NCBI GenBank assembly: GCA_019058275.1
Contig: JAHLVW010000062.1
Span: 192,001 to 256,000 of the forward strand
DNA: 64,000 bases
Direction: 5' to 3'
From: Candidatus Heimdallarchaeota archaeon
GTDB lineage: Archaea; Asgardarchaeota; Heimdallarchaeia; JABLTI01
In this document: piece by piece, positions 11,211-22,019 of the stretch
Position numbering within the stretch: position 1 is the stretch's first letter
Layout: each line of letters begins with the position of its first letter
Notes under the pieces: model-generated
Databases searched by the model: none
What the model was told of the DNA's origin: nothing
The model's input: the letters and a program-made list of their open reading frames with translations, nothing else
Program-made: the position numbers and the translations under genes

Positions 11211-11789
11211 TTGAAAAAGACAATAAAGATGTTACTTATGCCAAATACTTCTTATTTTGTAGCACTTGGGTTTATTATTCTTGGAATTTTAACACTTGTT
11301 TCTGTTTCTTGGCCAAACAAACGAGGTGCTCCCTACTGGCCTACAAGATTAAAGAAGGTTCGTCAAATGCTAACTATGGCCAATGTTCAACCTGGTGAAT
11401 TGGTTTTTGACCTTGGTTGTGGTGATGGTCGGATTATTGTTATGGCTGCAAGACGCTTTAATGCTAGAGCTGTAGGTATAGAAATTGATCTTATACGTTA
11501 TCTTTGGTGTCAATTTTTAATCACAATACTTGGCTTACGTAAAAAAGTTCGAGTAATTTATGGTGATCTATTTACAAAGGATATTAGTAATGCTGATGTT
11601 GTCATTTGTTTTTTACTTCAAAATACTAATGATAAACTTGAAAGCAAACTTATAGAAGAACTACGACCTAATGCTAGAGTTGTTTCTCATACATATCTCT
11701 TTTCAGGTTTACCTTTAATTGCTATGGACGGAGAACAAGGATTATATGCTTATAATATTGGAATACAATCTGAAGGAAAAACTGATTAA
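11211..11789 (+). CDS. Class I SAM-dependent methyltransferase with N-terminal TM (paralog 2)
   Basis: GAPYWPT, FDLGCGDGRI; closely similar to the upstream gene. Confidence 0.85.
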   Translation: MKKTIKMLLMPNTSYFVALGFIILGILTLVSVSWPNKRGAPYWPTRLKKVRQMLTMANVQPGELVFDLGCGDGRIIVMAARRFNARAVGIEIDLIRYLWCQFLITILGLRKKVRVIYGDLFTKDISNADVVICFLLQNTNDKLESKLIEELRPNARVVSHTYLFSGLPLIAMDGEQGLYAYNIGIQSEGKTD

Positions 11790-12151
11790 TCCTTTTCTGT
11801 CTCATCATTACTCTTCTTAATATACTCCTTATAAACTGGAGACATAAGTTCAATGCCCTCTCGCATCATATTAGAAATTATTCATCTATTATTAACTGAT
11901 ATTTTTACTATTTATTCGATAATTAAAAATGGAAAAGATTCACTAAATCAAACTAATATTGATTAAGGTTATTCAAATACAAGAATAATGGATTAAACTT
12001 TTAGGGGTATTTTTTCAAAATAATAATTTACTTTGTAATGATTTGAATTTCTACTACTATGATGCGAAAAGATTCATTAAATTAGAATAGTAGTTATTAA
12101 TACAAGGAGAAGAATATTCTATCCTGAGAATTATTATAGGGGATTAATAAT

Positions 12152-13207
12152 TTGAAGAACAAAATTTTGAGAAGAATTTCTCTTTTTTCTTTTGCTATGC
12201 TATTGGTTTTTAATTCATTTAATTCAATGAATCTAAATAAAATAGAGAGTATTGATCCTTACTTCACTCTTGTTTTCAAAACAAATAGCGGTGGAGTAAG
12301 ACCCGATTATGGTTATAAATTACAAGAACAGCTAGAACTTGTTGGGATTAATTTAACAGTTATTGTACAAGACTGGCCAACCTTTGTAGCTAAATTGATC
12401 ATTTTCAGAGACTTTGACCTTTTTTACGTCTGTCTACAAGGTGGTGGAAAAAGTCCAGATTATACTGGAATTTACGATGAAAACGGTTCACTCAACTTGT
12501 TCGGTTATAGTACAGACATGGATTATCATCATGATTTTGGTACAGGTATTAATCAATGGTATATGGACTTTGGTAATTTGATGATACCATCTGATAGTGC
12601 AAATAGGATACAACATTACTGGGATTGGGAACAATATATGATGAATAACATACTTCCCTTACAATCGACTTTCACACCTTATTATTACACAGCAAATTGG
12701 GCTAATCTTGATGGATACGATGTTCAGAATGATCTAATACAGTCTTGGGGAAAAATGTCTTGGAATGGAGCTCATTCTGAACAAGCTTCATTAAATGAAA
12801 TAGTTTATTCTGATGGCCCTTGGTCTGATCTTAACCTATTGTTCCAAGATGATGCTGCATCAGCTAGGATAAGCAAAGCTACACTGGATCCTTTGATATG
12901 GTATGATTCTGATGCAACATGGCAAAAACAAAAACACGATGATTTACAAGGAAAATATGTTTTTGTTTCTGGAAAGAGATTCTTCCATTATTTCGGATCC
13001 AAACCTTTAGAGCTTCCTTCAACTGAACTAATTAACATTCTTTATTGTGATATTGGTCATAAATGTATAGCTGATCCTGAGGTTCCACAAGAATTTCTTG
13101 ATTTTATTCATGATTTTAAGAAACAAAAGAAAATTGGATTTGTATCTCCTCCAGAAATTTGGCTAGAAAATGATGAATCATGGAAACAGTGTGAACCCAA
13201 AGAATAA
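12152..13207 (+). pseudogene. Chimeric ORF: N-terminal part of a permuted family-5 solute-binding protein fused at ~12915 to an unrelated Nmad2-like C-terminal fragment
   Basis: Collinear with 40742..42622 up to LDPLIWYDSD, then switches to DLQGKYVFVSGKRFFHYFGSKPLELP...GHKC. Confidence 0.65.
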
Positions 13208-13247
13208 ATATGATTTAATTCCTTTATCAGCGAAAAGTTAAAATGGA

Positions 13248-13267
13248 AGTCTTATAAAAATAAGACT
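13248..13267. promoter_or_regulatory. 20-bp palindrome AGTCTTA-taaaaa-TAAGACT (site A)
   Basis: Perfect inverted repeat overlapping a TATA-like TTATAAAA, 12 bp before the wHTH start; three more copies in the window. Confidence 0.65.
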
Positions 13268-13279
13268 GAGCTGAATTTT

Positions 13280-13645
13280 ATGTCCAAAAAGTCAAAAATA
13301 GTTTTTAATGCAGCTGATATTCATTCTAAACTTACATTAGAAGAAATTATTGCATTGATATCTACAGGAGATCGTGATTCACCTGAATATGGTCTAACAC
13401 TGATGATTCTTAAGAATCTGATTTCTGGTGATCGTTCTATCTCTAAAGATCAAATGTATGATATGTTTATGAGGAATCGGGAGCATATTTCAAAAGCAAG
13501 TTTCTATCGCATTCTTAGTAGACTTATATCTAGGGGAATGGTCACTTTTGATGATAAAAGACAAATCTATACACCAGCAATTTTATTTTCAAATTCATTA
13601 CAAAAATTAGCAATTGCATGGGAATCATTAGTATTAAGTCAGTGA
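13280..13645 (+). CDS. Winged-helix DNA-binding protein
   Basis: ISKASFYRILSRLISRGMV recognition helix plus wing hairpin. Confidence 0.7.
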   Translation: MSKKSKIVFNAADIHSKLTLEEIIALISTGDRDSPEYGLTLMILKNLISGDRSISKDQMYDMFMRNREHISKASFYRILSRLISRGMVTFDDKRQIYTPAILFSNSLQKLAIAWESLVLSQ

Positions 13646-13718
13646 TTTCTTTAACTTCAGAAAAACAGACACAAGTGATTTCAAGATTCAAAGAATATGA
13701 AATAGAGCTTTAGAGACA

Positions 13719-14777
13719 TCATAAAATATCTCTTTTTTCTAGCTCTTCTCTAATATCTTGCGATGAAAGGTGTATATACTTTAAGACATTGTTAATATTC
13801 CTATGTCTTGTTATTCTCCTAACCCATCCGATATCAAGACCTTGTTTAAGCAAATTAGTTGCACGACTATGTCTTAATGTGTAGTATCTAACATCATATC
13901 CTGCAGCTTTAGCAACAGGTCTAAAAACATGAGTTGCAAAATTGTTAGGATGATATTTCTTACCAGTTTTTGTTGGAAATAGAATATCTTCACCTTTTTT
14001 CAAATACTTGTAGTTATCAAGATAGTTCTTCAAAACTTTGCACAATTTATCTGAAATAGGAATTGCTTGGGGTTGCGAGTGTTTTAAAGGTTTTTCAATG
14101 AACACTTCTTTTTTCTTAAGATCTAAGTGTTTTAGTTTTAAATTACATAGCTCATCTGTTCTTAGTGCTGCTTCATAAGCCATTATAATCATTGATTTCA
14201 GTTTAAGTCCATCAAAATAGAAGCAGATATTTGGATAGGTTTTATGTTGTGTTGCTCTTGTGCTCTTAGGTGCAGGATATTTTCTACATGAGCAACAATC
14301 TGCTTCTGAAACTGCTTTGTGTTGAAAAGTACAATATTTAGAAGCAGTGTCTGCTATTTGTACAATGTTGTCAATTGTAAGAACATCTGGATTAAAATTA
14401 TCATTAAATTTCGGTGATGGAATTCTTGTCCAATTTAATTGTCTCTCATTTACTTCTAGGAATTTCTTTATTGTAGTTAGATATTTGTAAACACTCTTTC
14501 CACTTAATCCCGAATTCTCTTTAGTATAATCCTCTAATTCTTGTTTTGAAGGATTTCGACCAAAATTCCTTACGAATTTCTTAATCATACGTTTTTCTTT
14601 TAACCAGAGTTGGAACTTAATAATGTCATTTTCTTTTAGATACTCAAATTGTATACTATTCTCGAGTAGAAACTCTTGAAACCACTCTAATATGTCCAAA
14701 TATTGTCTTACTGTATGTGGAGAACGTTCCTCCACCTCTAGGAATCCTTTGAAAATTTCAATTTGAGTTGATAACAA
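13719..14777 (-). CDS. Tyrosine recombinase (XerA/XerC-like) with Cys-rich insertion
   Basis: RSPHTVRQY N-terminal domain, ALRTDEL (Arg), YTLRHSRAT, RH-x7-Y; C-x11-CC-x-C...C insert before box I. Confidence 0.9.
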   Translation of the reverse strand: MLSTQIEIFKGFLEVEERSPHTVRQYLDILEWFQEFLLENSIQFEYLKENDIIKFQLWLKEKRMIKKFVRNFGRNPSKQELEDYTKENSGLSGKSVYKYLTTIKKFLEVNERQLNWTRIPSPKFNDNFNPDVLTIDNIVQIADTASKYCTFQHKAVSEADCCSCRKYPAPKSTRATQHKTYPNICFYFDGLKLKSMIIMAYEAALRTDELCNLKLKHLDLKKKEVFIEKPLKHSQPQAIPISDKLCKVLKNYLDNYKYLKKGEDILFPTKTGKKYHPNNFATHVFRPVAKAAGYDVRYYTLRHSRATNLLKQGLDIGWVRRITRHRNINNVLKYIHLSSQDIREELEKRDIL

Positions 14778-15073
14778 AACCTCACATCACTCAAGCATTT
14801 TGTTTTATACGTAAAGAAAGATGAACACGAATAAAAACAACTGTAATACTAATATCATATATCGATAATACAAAATTTACTGCTAAGAAACATAGTTTCA
14901 TTATAGTTGCTATTTTAATTACATTTTATGTTGAAAACAAAAAAGTGAAATAAGAGATGTGTATACAAAAGATTGATTATGTTATATTATCAGATTCAAA
15001 AAATAAAGCAACAATGTAATAAAGTAAACCTATTTGATATTTAAATACAATTGAGTATTGAGTGTTTCGCATT

Positions 15074-16654
15074 ATGAATAGAAAGGCTAAGAAAACCAAA
15101 AAGCCTAAAGAAAATAATAAAACAGTTAGTGGAAACAAGAATGTTATTGTAGAAGAGCTAAAGAACACTAAAGAAGAGTTAATTTTACTTAAAAAACGTT
15201 TTAATTCATTATTTGAAAGAACAAATGATGCAATAATTCTTACTGATCTTGAAACCATGAGATTTGAAATGGTAAATTAAAAAGCAATGGATTTATTTGG
15301 TTTTACAAAGGATGAGATGAAGAATTTTTCAGCAAGGGATTTTATTCCAGAGAGCGATTTAGAAGACAGTGAAAGCAAGCTGACTGAATTATTAAGTGGG
15401 GAAAATTTACCAATTTATGAACGTATTTTCCAAAAAAAATCTGGGGAGCTATTTCATGCAGAAATAAATCTTTCATTGATAGAGGATCATGTAACTAACA
15501 GAAAGTTCTTTCAAAGTATAATGAGAGATATAACAAAAAGAAAAATAACTGAGGTAGCAAAGGAACGAGAAAGAAGAGTCTTCCAGAAAATAGCTAATGC
15601 TGCTATCCAAACTACTGATATTCATGAATTTTGCAATCGTGCTCTAGCAGATTTATTGGAAGAACTTGATTTTAATTTTGGAACATTAAGAATACTGGAT
15701 AAGGATCTGGATGCCTTAGTACCTATTGCTGTAAATGGAATTCCTGATCATTTAACAAGAGAATTAAATCCAATTATAGTATCAGATGATAAATACATAG
15801 TCTCTTATGTTATAAGAAATAAGAAACCAATCTTTACTGGTGATGCAAGAAATGAATCTTTTTTAAAGAAATATCAGTCACGTTTGGAATTATTTAATGT
15901 TATAGCTTTACTCTCTTGACCTATTCTTGATAAGGATAATAATGTATTTGGTGTTTTACAACTTTCAGCAAACGAACCTAAAGAACTACAAAAAGAGGAC
16001 ATAGCATTTTTCGAATCAATTGCTCATATCTTAACAAATGCTTTGGAAAGATTACAAGCTGAAGAAGCTTTAGAAGAAGCCTTTCACGAAAGACAGGAAA
16101 TTAATCGGATTATTGAATTAAGTCCAGCTGTAATATTCTTGTGGCATAATGAAGAGGATTGGCTAGTGGAATATGTTTCTAAGAATGTTAACATATTTGG
16201 TTATAATCCTGATGAATTCTATTCTGGAAAAATTATCCATCCTAATGATCTTGAAGTAGAACCAATTTTAAATTATAATCACGATGTTTCTCCTTATACT
16301 TCCCCTCTTGAATATAGAATCATAACTAAAGATGGTAAAATTAAATGGGTTATAGAATATTCAACGCCAAGGGTGAATAAAGAAGGTAAAATAACTCATT
16401 ATTATGGTTTAATATTGGACATAACAGAAAGAAGAAAGCAAGAAGAATTTCTGATTAGAGACCGTACTACTTTTAAAATAGAATTAATTAAGAAGAAGGG
16501 TATTGAAACACCATTAGTTTGTGTTTCAGGTTCTGAGATGTTTGATATTAAAGATCAATGTCTTGATGTTGGAGCAAAAGCATTTATTCTGAAAGACAAT
16601 TTAACAGAATTTGCGAAAACAATAGAGAATATTTTGAAACAATGTTTTGGTTAA
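15074..16654 (+). pseudogene. PAS-GAF-PAS sensor with two in-frame stops, ending in a half receiver domain
   Basis: Three ORF pieces in one frame separated by TAA (15278) and TGA (15917); RDITKRK and DITERR PAC motifs; C-terminal CLDVGAKAFILKD. Confidence 0.8.
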
Positions 16655-16666
16655 TTAAAACATTAG

Positions 16667-16722
16667 AATGGAAGAATCAGGTAAGAAATAAAGAACAATA
16701 GTTCTTACCTGAATTCTCCATT
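16667..16722. terminator. Imperfect 21-bp inverted repeat between convergent genes
   Basis: aatggaagaatcaggtaagaa ... ttcttacctgaattctccatt. Confidence 0.5.
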
Positions 16723-16780
16723 ACTTTACCAATTATTTTGGATTTTGAGGGATATTCCAGATCAATGCATGGTGATCAAA

Positions 16781-17563
16781 TTAGACTGAAGCGCCACATT
16801 GAGGACAATAGCGAGTGTCCTTAGGGGTTAAGGGTGAACCGCAAGATTGGCAGAATTTACCATCTATATCTTCTGATAAATCATCATTATCTTCTTCTCT
16901 TTGTTCTGAAGAATCAGCTCTTTCTTCTCTTTTTGGTTTAGTATTTTTGCTATTGAAATATGCTGTAGCAATAATTTTTGCAAAGAAACCTGTTAATCCA
17001 AAAAGCAATATAAATGCCATTATTGAAGCAGCAGTTATGTGGCCCCAAGGTATAATAGTAACATCAAGGTCTAATGTAACATTAAATTCACTATCATTAA
17101 AAACAATGAAATAATAATCATCTTCCGATGAGACTTGTAAATTATTGACATCGAAATCTGCTCGATGATAGTAAAAAGTACTATTTAATGCAGTTGGTTC
17201 AGGATAACTAGCTATAGCCCAATCTTCAAATTGTATTCTTGACATTACTGATAGAATAATCGGCACAGGATCAAAATGTGTTACAATATATGTCCTGTTC
17301 TCATCATATGGGTCTGTTGTATTTACATCATATCGGTACTCTGAATCAAACCTCATGTTAATTCTAGCAGCTTCTCTTATTTCAAAATTAAAGTAACTAT
17401 GCTCTCCAACTAACATAATCTCATTGGGATAATACATATAAAAGGTTTTAACATTTCTACCTATATTAATCCCTTCAACAATACCAGCAACACAACTTCC
17501 AATAATTAAGAATACCATGATTCCTGTGAAATCTGTAAAGAATTTGTAATTACTACTGGTCAT
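16781..17563 (-). CDS. Two-TM membrane protein with C-terminal zinc ribbon
   Basis: Two hydrophobic helices; FCQSCG-x8-YCPQCG. Confidence 0.8.
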   Translation of the reverse strand: MTSSNYKFFTDFTGIMVFLIIGSCVAGIVEGINIGRNVKTFYMYYPNEIMLVGEHSYFNFEIREAARINMRFDSEYRYDVNTTDPYDENRTYIVTHFDPVPIILSVMSRIQFEDWAIASYPEPTALNSTFYYHRADFDVNNLQVSSEDDYYFIVFNDSEFNVTLDLDVTIIPWGHITAASIMAFILLFGLTGFFAKIIATAYFNSKNTKPKREERADSSEQREEDNDDLSEDIDGKFCQSCGSPLTPKDTRYCPQCGASV

Positions 17564-17611
17564 TCTTTTTCACCTTTTTTTTTGAACCTTATAATAACTA
17601 AAGTTTTGTTA

Positions 17612-17640
17612 GTTACTACTTGAGTAGTGACCTTTATATA
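17612..17640 (+). promoter_or_regulatory. Candidate operator (gttactac-ttga-gtagtgac) abutting TATA box (tttatata) of the TrmB gene
   Basis: 7/8 inverted repeat directly 5' of the TATA element in a divergent intergenic region. Confidence 0.45.
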
Positions 17641-17672
17641 TGTATCTTAACATATAGTAATCATTAAAATAG

Positions 17673-18728
17673 ATGAAATCAAAAGTTAGATGTTGTGATA
17701 GTATGCAGATAAGCGAACAGCTAGTTGAGGGTCTCACAAAAATAGGGTTGCAAAAATATCAAGCACAGGTATATATTGCCAGTCTTGTTCTAGGTGAAGC
17801 TTCTGCGTACTTAATTGCCAAAGAATCTAATGTACCTAGATCCAAAGTCTATGAGGTTTTAGATGGATTAGTTGAATTAGGATTTATAGCTAAAGTTCCT
17901 TCTGACAAAGGAATGCTTTTCAAAGCATTACCCCCAGAAGATACTATTGATAATGCCATAATAAGTATTGTTAATACTATTGATAGTGTAAAAAAGGAAA
18001 TTGAAGTTTTAAAAGAGGATCAAAAAGGAAAATCTTCAGATCCACCAATTGTAATTTTCAGTAATACTAGTTCTTTAATGGATATGATAAAAGATGGTGC
18101 TTTTCTCGAGGCATGGATTGATAACAATTTAGCTATTGCAATGGATTTACGAAAGGCAATTTCAAAGAAAAAGTGTGATATTCATACGATTACAAGTACT
18201 TTTCCCTTATCATTTATTTTGGGATCCGAGGATTCTTACTTTATTCGAGGAAGAAATGGTTCTTTGTTCATGATTAGATTTTCTAACAATATCATTCAAC
18301 AAATCCTTGGGTTAGTTGAAAAAACAAAACCTGAAATAAAAGAGGAAATCACTCGAGAAAGCGGAGTTAGAATTCTTCGAGAAACAGCTATTATGAGCTT
18401 AGATGACAAAATTAGATTAGTCATTCCAGGTTTTGATTGGAAAACTGAAAAGGTTCTTTTCTGGGGATATATTGACACATCTGCTGGTGCATTTAAGAGT
18501 ATAACTCCTTGTGATTGTTTTATTACTGATACTCGAATACTAATTAGTTCTGATGATGGTCGAGTTTTTGCTAGAGCTATTAAATTCATTAAGAAAATTT
18601 ATTTAGCTAATAATCAAGTTAATATCACGTTTTCTAGAGTTGGTGGAACAGAACAGTTAGCTATCAAATCTATTTCTTATGCTAAAATAATCGATAATTT
18701 ACTTGGTTTCATTTTGAAGAGAAAATAA
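17673..18728 (+). CDS. TrmB family transcriptional regulator with extra C-terminal domain
   Basis: GLQKYQAQVY, IAKESNVPRSKVYEVLDGLVELGFI. Confidence 0.85.
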   Translation: MKSKVRCCDSMQISEQLVEGLTKIGLQKYQAQVYIASLVLGEASAYLIAKESNVPRSKVYEVLDGLVELGFIAKVPSDKGMLFKALPPEDTIDNAIISIVNTIDSVKKEIEVLKEDQKGKSSDPPIVIFSNTSSLMDMIKDGAFLEAWIDNNLAIAMDLRKAISKKKCDIHTITSTFPLSFILGSEDSYFIRGRNGSLFMIRFSNNIIQQILGLVEKTKPEIKEEITRESGVRILRETAIMSLDDKIRLVIPGFDWKTEKVLFWGYIDTSAGAFKSITPCDCFITDTRILISSDDGRVFARAIKFIKKIYLANNQVNITFSRVGGTEQLAIKSISYAKIIDNLLGFILKRK

Positions 18729-18773
18729 TTAAGGGAAATTGTAAATAACCCTTTTCTTTATATTTTTGATGTA

Positions 18774-21211
18774 ATGAGGATACTAATTATGATACTTAAG
18801 TGAACGCTAAAGTTGGGATTTTTGATCACTTATGGAACTGACACAATGTCTTCGTGCTTAAGCGCTATTAGATATATGCTGAAGAACTTACCATCTAATG
18901 TAGCAATCACCGGATCACAAGTACCATTAAGCTTTCAATTTTCTTCCTCTGATGTTTATCCAAATGTCGAGAATTCAATCAAATTGCTTACACAACTAAC
19001 TGGACCAGAGGTTTTTGTTGTTTTCAATTATGGTCAAGCAGCATTTCAAGATGCATTATGGAAAATTGATAAGTGGTCTCCAGATGCTTTTACCGGGGAA
19101 GAATTAGCAAAAATTTCTTTGGATGAGATTATAATCAAGGGAAGAGCTTACCCACTTAATCTTACTAGAAAATTGGACAAGTTGTTTCACATACGAACTG
19201 AGGTACTATTGACTCTATTCAAACTGATGATGGTTTGTTAATACCAACTGGCAATCTTGTTTCCAATTTCATATCTCAGAGATTCAAAGAATCTTATGAG
19301 GAATTCATATCTATTTCACTAATGTCTGTAGATTCCTGGAAAATTATTAGTAAGAGAATTGCTGATGAATGTCAAAAAGCAGGTTATACTACCTTCTGTG
19401 ATGATAATTTCAATTCAAACATCCAAATTATATCTACTTCACCTTTGATGACAGAACAAGATTATATGGATGCTTTTGATAAAGCGGATGGAATCATTTT
19501 GAATGCTTTTGGAAGTGGGACAATCAACACTAAAATTGACTCTGGTTTTTTTCCTTTGCCAGCAATAGAAAAGGCAATTGCAAAAGGAAAAGTAATAGTA
19601 ATTGCTTCTCATACACCATTTGGGACACAAGATTTCATTTATCAAAACGCTTGGGAGCCTATAAGAAAAAGAGCTATTCCTGCTGGAGATTTCAGTATAT
19701 CCCATTGTCAGATAAAATTAGCTTATATTCTTGGGCATATGAAGGAACTAACTAAAATTGCAAAGAAAAACAAAATTCCTTTTGATGTACTCATCAAAAT
19801 CGCATTTCTAACAGGTATTGACTTTAGATCAAATGCTAGTAGAAAGAAGTTCGAGAAACTAATTGGATACCAAATACCCTTAAGAGATCCTTTCTTTAAT
19901 TTGCCATTTGAATTAGGATTACAAAAAATTATTCGTTTCTTGAATAAAAAAGAAACACAACAAATCAAAATTAATACTTAATCATTTGTAGATGCATTTG
20001 AGAAGTACTTCAAACAACCTAATAAGAGAAATAAATGGGCTATGATATTTAAACCAGATACTGTAATTGGTAGTAACCAATGGGGGGAATTAATTGATGA
20101 AGCAAAGAATTTAGCAACCATCACTAGTGAACTTCTTGATTGGAATGTTGTGATTCTAGAGTTATCTGAAATAAACTATCAAGATTTACTTGAGAAAGTG
20201 GGTTTATTATGTACAAATGAAACGTTTGGTGAATTCCTATGACCATTTAGATATGTCATTATTGAAGGGGAAAGACAATCCCTATACGATGCGCAAAGCT
20301 ATGATCAAATCTCAAATGGTTTATTCAGTAGAGAAGATTATTTGCATTTATTACGAAGTATTATGTTAGCTCGAAATAAACCTGGTTCAAATCCTGCATT
20401 ATTTTTATGTCTTGGACATCAAGGTTATGCAGAGATGCTAAGGGAATATTTAGTTAATTTAATCAAAAATGCAAAACAAACATCTGAAATCATTACTAAA
20501 TATGATGAAAAAGCAGCACAACATTTCAAAAAATTGATTAGTGAGATATCAAATGTTGGTGAGAATATTGTTGTTAGAAGAAGAAATGATGAAATTGTTG
20601 CGAGCAATTTTACAGATCAATATTTTGCTGTAAAACAAAATGAGATGCCAGAAGTTGGTTTAAAGAGACTAATTATCTACAAACCACCTAAAGATAAGGT
20701 TCCTGATGAACTAATTAAAGTCTATAATAAGATTTCAAAATTACATGTAGGATTACTCGAGGATTTCTATTTGCTAGAATCACTTGACATTGTAATGCTA
20801 CATGGTGATGAAGTCAATGAAGAAGCTATTCTATTCATAAATTGGGCACTTAGCTTAATATCAAAGTTCTCAAGATCACATTTCAAGATTCTACAAGAAG
20901 ACCCACAATTGCGTAAAATATCTAACCTACCTATTGGATTAGAAATACCAAGCTCAACACTTTATGGTTTTGATGAGAAGGATAAGACGCTAACAGAAAT
21001 TGCTGGATTGGTTGTTTACTATTATGATCCACAAACAGGAATTGTAAAACGAGATTACACTTTGCAATACCATCCTGAACTAATGGAAGAAATCAGGATA
21101 TTACAGAAAAAAGATTTCGAGAGCAAAACGCTCCTCGATTTGCCAGATGGTATACAATTATTGCTATCATGTCTACAAGCAGGATTTATTGAAACATCAA
21201 AGAAGTTTTAA
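18774..21211 (+). pseudogene. Asparaginase-like / class I glutamine amidotransferase fusion, disrupted
   Basis: YGTDT, ITGSQ, frameshifted T(G)GTI, GIILNAFGSG; later LCLGHQ, HGDEV, QYHPE; in-frame stops at 19979 and 20240. Confidence 0.7.
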
Positions 21212-21217
21212 TGAAAT

Positions 21218-21898
21218 CTATTTCTCTTCTTCTCCAGCTTTTTGTGCAACGATCCAAACGTAACCACGTAAATCATCTGGTCGTCGTAGTCTCTCGTCCC
21301 GTCCTACACTCAAAAGTGTCCAACCCTTAAAGACTTCTCTTAACTCTTCTTCGTAAATGAATTTCATTGGTGGATCTGTTTTGAAGTGTGGGGGAATATT
21401 TCCAGAATATGCAACCATGCCACCAGGTTTAATGGCCGCAGCAATTTCCTTAAGTCTAGGAATTGCTCTATCAAATAGATATTGTAATACTTGAACAGCA
21501 ACAATAATATCGTAACTTTCTGGTTCTAACGTCCAATCATCAATATTTTTCTGTTTAGCTATAACTTGTTTCTCTAATCCTAGTACTTTTGCTCTTCTGC
21601 TAGTCACTTCAATAGCACTTTCCAGAGCATCTATTGCATGAACCTTACAACCAAGTTTTGCAAGAAAACAAGCATATCGGCCATCCCCACAACCAAGATC
21701 TAAAGCTTTTAAACATTCACCTTTTCCATAAATCTTCATACCTATAACCTGAACTGGTTGAGTGATAAAAGTTAGATTCTTATACTGTTCGTCTGAACCT
21801 TCTAATAACTTCTTGTGATAATTGTCCCAACCATTCATCCATTTATCTGGAGCTTGAACTTTTAAGTGCTCTTTCTTTGAATTCATTTTGGCAACCAA
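21218..21898 (-). CDS. Class I SAM-dependent methyltransferase (TehB-like)
   Basis: ALDLGCGDGR, YDIIVA, IKPGG. Confidence 0.85.
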   Translation of the reverse strand: MVAKMNSKKEHLKVQAPDKWMNGWDNYHKKLLEGSDEQYKNLTFITQPVQVIGMKIYGKGECLKALDLGCGDGRYACFLAKLGCKVHAIDALESAIEVTSRRAKVLGLEKQVIAKQKNIDDWTLEPESYDIIVAVQVLQYLFDRAIPRLKEIAAAIKPGGMVAYSGNIPPHFKTDPPMKFIYEEELREVFKGWTLLSVGRDERLRRPDDLRGYVWIVAQKAGEEEK

Positions 21899-22019
21899 AA
21901 ATCAATTGATTTACATCTTTTTTAAACAAATCAAAGCTCTTGGAAAATCCCTTAAATATCCAGTTTGTAACATAAATGAGAAAGAATTATTAGATTTTAA
22001 TAATCATAAATAGTCTGGT

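Noticed and set aside
11786-11885. Minus-strand 3' gene remnant (IISNMMREGIELMSPVYKEYIKKSNDETEKD*)
   Set aside because: It looks protein-like but is too short to assign or to distinguish from chance.
1-14777. Integron (IntI plus attC cassette array) suggested by many small resistance-like genes beside a tyrosine recombinase
   Set aside because: The genes are in mixed orientation, no RYYYAAC...GTTRRRY attC hairpins were seen, and the recombinase insert is not at the IntI-specific position.
13719-14777. Provirus or integrated plasmid
   Set aside because: No capsid, terminase, replication or conjugation genes, no tRNA target and no flanking att pair were recognised.
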